A DNA stretch of 20,000 bases. Source: an uncultured virus (IMG/VR IMGVR_UViG_3300008261_000014) (lineage: Duplodnaviria; Heunggongvirae; Uroviricota; Caudoviricetes). Where the stretch lies: IMG/VR virus record IMGVR_UViG_3300008261_000014, positions 56,454 through 76,453 of that record; one strand, written 5' to 3'. The notes under the pieces are model-generated. The model was not told the DNA's origin. It was given only the letters and a program-made list of their open reading frames with translations, and searched no databases. Of this stretch, positions 16,754-20,000 are shown in pieces (position 1 is the stretch's first letter; every line of letters begins with the position of its first letter). Both the position numbers and the translations under genes were made by a program.

Positions 16754-16781
16754 GAGCAGTTTTGAATCGTGCTCAGGATTT
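16754..16781 (-). ncRNA. Small H-type pseudoknot motif, copy A
   Basis: AATC-CTGAGCAC-GATT-CAAAAC-TGCTC. Confidence 0.65.
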
Positions 16782-16796
16782 ATTAGTAGCCCCCTA

Positions 16797-17213
16797 CTAA
16801 ATATCTATTCTATCTATTGAGGCTGATATCCAACTTACTTTGTCAGTGTCGTATGAAATTGCTTCAAAGTCAATGTCATTTACTACATCTTCTGCTTCTT
16901 CATTGTGAGCAAGTTGCAAAGTCATATTGTAAGTAACAGTTACTTCAACTTCAACTTCCTTAGACAATTCGAATCCACAAATCTCAGCAATTTCCTCTGC
17001 CTGTGATTCTGTGATACCATTGTCTTCTAATTCCTTCATAGTCCATTCGTGCATCTTATCACGCATAGTCTGTAGGTTTGCAGCAGTTGCATAATCACGT
17101 TGTGTTACACGCTGAATGTGCTCATCTTTGCTTTTGATTATTTCTTGAAACTGAACAATCTGTCCTTCAAGAAACTCTCGTGTCATATAGTGCTGGTCTG
17201 GCGTCTGGTCCAT
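16797..17213 (-). CDS. Acidic hypothetical protein
   Basis: 138 aa, GAGG RBS after promoter. Confidence 0.75.
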   Translation of the reverse strand: MDQTPDQHYMTREFLEGQIVQFQEIIKSKDEHIQRVTQRDYATAANLQTMRDKMHEWTMKELEDNGITESQAEEIAEICGFELSKEVEVEVTVTYNMTLQLAHNEEAEDVVNDIDFEAISYDTDKVSWISASIDRIDI

Positions 17214-17244
17214 AGGGGGCCTCTTTCTGTTAGGTTATGGTGCA

Positions 17245-17273
17245 ATTATAGCAAATTCCTGCGACATTTTCAA
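17245..17273 (-). promoter_or_regulatory. Sigma70-type promoter
   Basis: TTGAAA-17 nt-TATAAT with TGn. Confidence 0.85.
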
Positions 17274-17293
17274 ATCCTACTTAATAGTAACCG

Positions 17294-17309
17294 TGTGATG
17301 TTGGTCACA
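17294..17309. promoter_or_regulatory. CRP/GlxR-type box
   Basis: TGTGA-TGTTGG-TCACA. Confidence 0.75.
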
Positions 17310-17322
17310 TTTTACCGCCCCC

Positions 17323-17354
17323 AAATATTTATGCACGATCACGCATAAATATTT
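17323..17354 (-). terminator. 12-bp inverted repeat, possible terminator
   Basis: AAATATTTATGC-N8-GCATAAATATTT downstream of the DUF932 gene. Confidence 0.5.
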
Positions 17355-17358
17355 AGAG

Positions 17359-17387
17359 TGAGCAGTTTCAATTCTTGCTCAGGAATT
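17359..17387 (-). ncRNA. Small H-type pseudoknot motif, copy B
   Basis: AATTC-CTGAGCAA-GAATT-GAAAC-TGCTCA. Confidence 0.7.
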
Positions 17388-17392
17388 TATTT

Positions 17393-18394
17393 TTATTTAC
17401 TCGCTGCAAATGCTTTTACAGTTTGGTAAATTTTATTTTTCTCTGCGTTGATAACAGGGTCAAAACCAGATGCAGATGCAAATGTGTTTTCGCTGTTGCC
17501 ACCACGAGATGTGCGATACCAATCTAAACGCTCAGTGAGTGCATTGAGTCCTGCCCACGCTGTGCCTTGAATGTTTGCATTAGTAGGTGATGCAAGAATT
17601 TCTTGCAATGAAACCATTTTGTTTTCCCATTTCTTGAAAGAGCCTTTTGCATCTTTTTCAGGCTTAGGGTAAATGGTGTTTACGATTTTGATAAATTCTG
17701 CTTCGGTCATTGACTTTTGATACAATGCCTGTGCTTCCTTTTCAAATGTGTCCATATAGGCAAATGACATTCCAAGAGCCTCACGAGCAGCAGCAACTTT
17801 TCCGTCAGCAGATTGTGTATGACGAATTTTGAATGATTGCTTTACACTACGCAATGCAAGGTTTAGTGTATTTTGGCAGACAACACGAACAGGTGTGATG
17901 CTTGCTTGAATTGACACAGAACCATCGTGTGATGTGTGCAATAGCAAATAAGTTTTTGTCTGGTCGTTTGCCCCTTGTGCATCAAGAGTGATTGTCTTAT
18001 CCAATGCAAGAGCACCAAATACAACTGTTCCCTTTTTGATTGAGCCAGCAGTTTCCCACACGCCTCCACCATCAAGAATTGAATCACCGAATGAAAATAA
18101 ATCTTCATTCTGAACTACATTGTATCTATCTCCAACAATTCCCAAAACATCATTTTGGTTATCTTCAAATGGATTGTTGCGAACAACCATAAAATTGTTT
18201 TTGACAGATGTGTAAGTGTCTGGTAGAATTACATCTTCAAGACGCACATTCCAATTTGACAAATGTGCAAGGTCTAACATTTCTGATGTTGTAACCTCAT
18301 CTTGAAACACTGTTCCAAGATTGTGCCAAGCAGGTTCACGCAATGATGCAAATGCAACTTCGCCGTTTGAACCTTCTTCTAGTAAATGAGCCAT
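17393..18394 (-). CDS. DUF932 family phage/plasmid protein (TIGR03299-like)
   Basis: MAH, PAWH-x-LG, LG-x-VG-x-x-Y-x-x-x-QN, ETAG, SHDGS, TPVRVVCQNTL, RHT, GTAW-x-x-x-NA-x-x-E. Confidence 0.92.
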   Translation of the reverse strand: MAHLLEEGSNGEVAFASLREPAWHNLGTVFQDEVTTSEMLDLAHLSNWNVRLEDVILPDTYTSVKNNFMVVRNNPFEDNQNDVLGIVGDRYNVVQNEDLFSFGDSILDGGGVWETAGSIKKGTVVFGALALDKTITLDAQGANDQTKTYLLLHTSHDGSVSIQASITPVRVVCQNTLNLALRSVKQSFKIRHTQSADGKVAAAREALGMSFAYMDTFEKEAQALYQKSMTEAEFIKIVNTIYPKPEKDAKGSFKKWENKMVSLQEILASPTNANIQGTAWAGLNALTERLDWYRTSRGGNSENTFASASGFDPVINAEKNKIYQTVKAFAASK

Positions 18395-18426
18395 ATATTT
18401 ATTGCCTTTCTGTTGTTGTTACCCCA

Positions 18427-18455
18427 AGTATAACAGAACGGGCTGACATTATCAA
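18427..18455 (-). promoter_or_regulatory. Sigma70-type promoter
   Basis: TTGATA-17 nt-TATACT with TGn. Confidence 0.85.
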
Positions 18456-18485
18456 ATCCAATCCTTGAAATGTCCGATTTATTCC

Positions 18486-18501
18486 TGTGAGAAAAATCAC
18501 A
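18486..18501. promoter_or_regulatory. CRP/GlxR-type box
   Basis: TGTGA-GAAAAA-TCACA. Confidence 0.75.
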
Positions 18502-18513
18502 TCCTCGTAAACC

Positions 18514-18533
18514 TGTGGATAACCTGTGGATAG
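18514..18533 (-). promoter_or_regulatory. Pair of DnaA boxes
   Basis: TGTGGATAA (perfect) and TGTGGATAG, starts 11 bp apart. Confidence 0.7.
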
Positions 18534-18549
18534 GGGCGGCTGGCCCGAT

Positions 18550-18702
18550 CTAGCAGGTGCCCATTAAAAAATCTTCATCCGTGTATCCATATTTAACTAG
18601 AGTGTGATCACTATAGCAAGAATGACATAACGGAATATCATCTTCAATGTAACCTTCAAGATACATAGGCTGAGGACAGTTTAAACATTTTTGATTTATC
18701 AT
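18550..18702 (-). CDS. Small CxxC...CxxC protein
   Basis: MINQKCLNC...CHSC; start reassigned to 18702 (TAATG coupling). Confidence 0.6.
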   Translation of the reverse strand: MINQKCLNCPQPMYLEGYIEDDIPLCHSCYSDHTLVKYGYTDEDFLMGTC

Positions 18703-18773
18703 TAGAATAACTTTTCTGCTAGCCAAAAACAAATCATAAATAAAATTAAAGTGCCAATTGTTAGTTGATACAC
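18702..18773 (-). CDS. Tiny hydrophobic peptide (23 aa)
   Basis: AGGAG + GTG; YQLTIGTLILFMICFWLAEKLF. Confidence 0.45.
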   Translation of the reverse strand: MYQLTIGTLILFMICFWLAEKLF

Positions 18774-18780
18774 GTTGCTC

Positions 18781-18993
18781 CTATTTCTTAGTTGCACTAA
18801 ATAAAATATCATTGCGTTGGAATACGCATTGCCCACACGAGACACACGCACTACCATTCGTAGATATTAGTGGAATTTTCTTATTGTTTTCAGGACAACG
18901 GACGGCTGTCTTGTTGACCAATTCTAGCATATCTGCCTTGCCTATGTCAAATGTCTTAGCAAGGTAGGCTAACTTGCGTAGTAGTTTAGTCAT
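18781..18993 (-). CDS. Cys-rich protein resembling the C-terminus of phage Gp88-like proteins; possibly internally deleted
   Basis: CPE-x4-IPL-x6-AC-x2-C-x2-C tail directly after MTKLLR. Confidence 0.55.
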   Translation of the reverse strand: MTKLLRKLAYLAKTFDIGKADMLELVNKTAVRCPENNKKIPLISTNGSACVSCGQCVFQRNDILFSATKK

Positions 18994-19118
18994 TAGTTAT
19001 ACCCCTTAGTGCATTCAGTGCAGATAGAGTAGTTAGTGCAATAGCAAGAGTTTATATCATTCATAACCTCATAGCCTTGCTCATAGAGTTTATCATAGAA
19101 CTCATCGTTGTATTCCAT
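18993..19118 (-). CDS. Small Cys-rich protein (41 aa)
   Basis: MEYNDEFYDKLYE...CYCTNYSICTEC; GAAGG upstream, TAATG coupling. Confidence 0.6.
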   Translation of the reverse strand: MEYNDEFYDKLYEQGYEVMNDINSCYCTNYSICTECTKGYN

Positions 19119-19149
19119 AGGGGCCTTCTTTCTAACTTGGTAGGTTTAG

Positions 19150-19178
19150 ATTATATCAGGGGGGACTGACATTTATGC
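19150..19178 (-). promoter_or_regulatory. Extended -10 promoter with poor -35
   Basis: GCATAA-ATGTCAGTCCCCCCTGA-TATAAT. Confidence 0.65.
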
Positions 19179-19291
19179 TTATTCTTTCTAGAATAAACTT
19201 TCTTAGACTTTATAGGGGATGAGGCATTGCACCTACGCAACTCCATAAGCCTACGTAAGGCTTCTTTATCCTTTTTAGTCTTGTGATTCAT
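19151..19291 (-). CDS. Small basic ArfA-like peptide (46 aa), probably leaderless
   Basis: MNHKTKKDKEALRRLMELRRCNASSPIKSKKVYSRKNKHKCQSPLI; ATG 7 nt after TATAAT. Confidence 0.6.
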   Translation of the reverse strand: MNHKTKKDKEALRRLMELRRCNASSPIKSKKVYSRKNKHKCQSPLI

Positions 19292-19298
19292 ACTTGCA

Positions 19299-19327
19299 AT
19301 TATAGCAAAATAACTCAGCCGTGTCAA
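19299..19327 (-). promoter_or_regulatory. Consensus sigma70-type promoter
   Basis: TTGACA-17 nt-TATAAT with TGn. Confidence 0.9.
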
Positions 19328-19337
19328 CTCAAATTCC

Positions 19338-19353
19338 TGTGATAAATCTCACA
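19338..19353. promoter_or_regulatory. CRP/GlxR-type box
   Basis: TGTGA-TAAATC-TCACA. Confidence 0.75.
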
Positions 19354-19413
19354 TCCTCGTAATTACGACACGCCCGACTGCGTGGGGGCGGCAAATTGTC
19401 GACAATTGCAAAG

Positions 19414-19443
19414 TGAGCCTTTTTGATTCTTGCTCAGGAATTT
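19414..19443 (-). ncRNA. Small H-type pseudoknot motif, copy C
   Basis: ATTC-CTGAGCAA-GAAT-CAAAAAG-GCTCA. Confidence 0.7.
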
Positions 19444-19563
19444 ACACCTCTTGCAGTTGGTGTGAACTGTGCTCTATAGTATTTTTATAATCGCCCTAAT
19501 CAGCCTGGCGAAATATTTGGGAGCAGGCACCTAGGTTAGTTTGAAACCCACTCCCAAATAATT

Positions 19564-19734
19564 TTACTTAGATGTTTTTACCATTGCAAATCGTTTTGAT
19601 CCGTTTGCTAATTGTAATCCAACACGAGTAACTGTTTTGCTTACAGGTGCAAAAGAATAAATTCTGCCTGTAACGCCTGTCTTACTTGTTGTAAATAAAT
19701 CTCCAACTTGGTAAGTGTATCCTGATAGTGTCAT
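19564..19734 (-). CDS. Small hypothetical protein (SH3/KOW-like)
   Basis: AAGGA + MTLSGYTYQVGDLFTTSKTGVTGRI...; start reassigned to 19734. Confidence 0.7.
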   Translation of the reverse strand: MTLSGYTYQVGDLFTTSKTGVTGRIYSFAPVSKTVTRVGLQLANGSKRFAMVKTSK

Positions 19735-19763
19735 TTGTTTTTCCTTTGGTAGTAGTTTGGGGT

Positions 19764-19792
19764 TGAGCCTTTTCACAACTTGCTCAGGTTGT
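19764..19792 (-). ncRNA. Small H-type pseudoknot motif, copy D
   Basis: ACAAC-CTGAGCAA-GTTGT-GAAAAG-GCTCA. Confidence 0.7.
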
Positions 19793-19856
19793 AGAGTTCT
19801 TACTTACGACATTGGACTAGAACACTCTAGAAACTGTCCCTGTTTCGATTATCTAA

Positions 19857-20000
19857 TTACAGATAACGAGCAATAGCATTGTAAGTGCTTGTGCTTACAA
19901 CTTCCTCATCTGTCATTTTGAGAATACGGATTGCGTTTGTAAGTTCCTCTTTCATCTCATTGTATGAGTGAGTATGGATTACCTCGAAATCCTTTTCAGG
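19857..20000 (-). CDS. Hypothetical protein, 5'-partial
   Basis: Open from the window edge: ...EMKEELTNAIRILKMTDEEVVSTSTYNAIARYL*. Confidence 0.7.
   Translation of the reverse strand, partial: PEKDFEVIHTHSYNEMKEELTNAIRILKMTDEEVVSTSTYNAIARYL

Noticed and set aside
16754..16781. tRNA-associated hammerhead or HDV-like ribozyme
   Set aside because: Too short; lacks the CUGAUGA/GAAA three-stem core and the nested double pseudoknot; lies 5' rather than 3' of the tRNA
13784..18967. Plus-strand ORFs in the right block and the nested ORF 17863-18108
   Set aside because: Antisense or out-of-frame shadows of the minus-strand operons, without RBS or motifs
19366..19377. CGACACGCCCGA as a WhiA-type site
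   Set aside because: Single occurrence of a short motif; insufficient support alone

Overview
AT-rich, densely packed segment of a large tailed dsDNA phage, probably infecting Actinomycetota (WhiB gene, FmdB-like zinc ribbon, leaderless-type starts); standard genetic code. Plus-strand block (1-12820): C-terminus of a Gly-rich virion-type protein, three 2OG-Fe(II) oxygenases, two Skp1/Gnt1-type GlcNAc-transferase-like genes each beside a paralogous conserved protein, WhiB, a CBS-less IMPDH/GMP reductase, an Ntn-hydrolase, a PnuC-like protein and many small ORFs. Minus-strand block (13150-20000): early-type region of small hypothetical genes, a DUF932 protein, tRNA-Arg(UCU) and strong sigma70-type promoters. 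The blocks converge on an AT-rich non-coding island with seven co-oriented DnaA boxes at 21-22 bp period and an MraZ-like GTGGAG triplet. The early region also has four perfect CRP-type boxes (three helically phased to promoters), a five-copy bipartite motif, and four copies of a small H-type pseudoknot with a covarying stem. Family assignments come from motif recognition by eye, not database searches.
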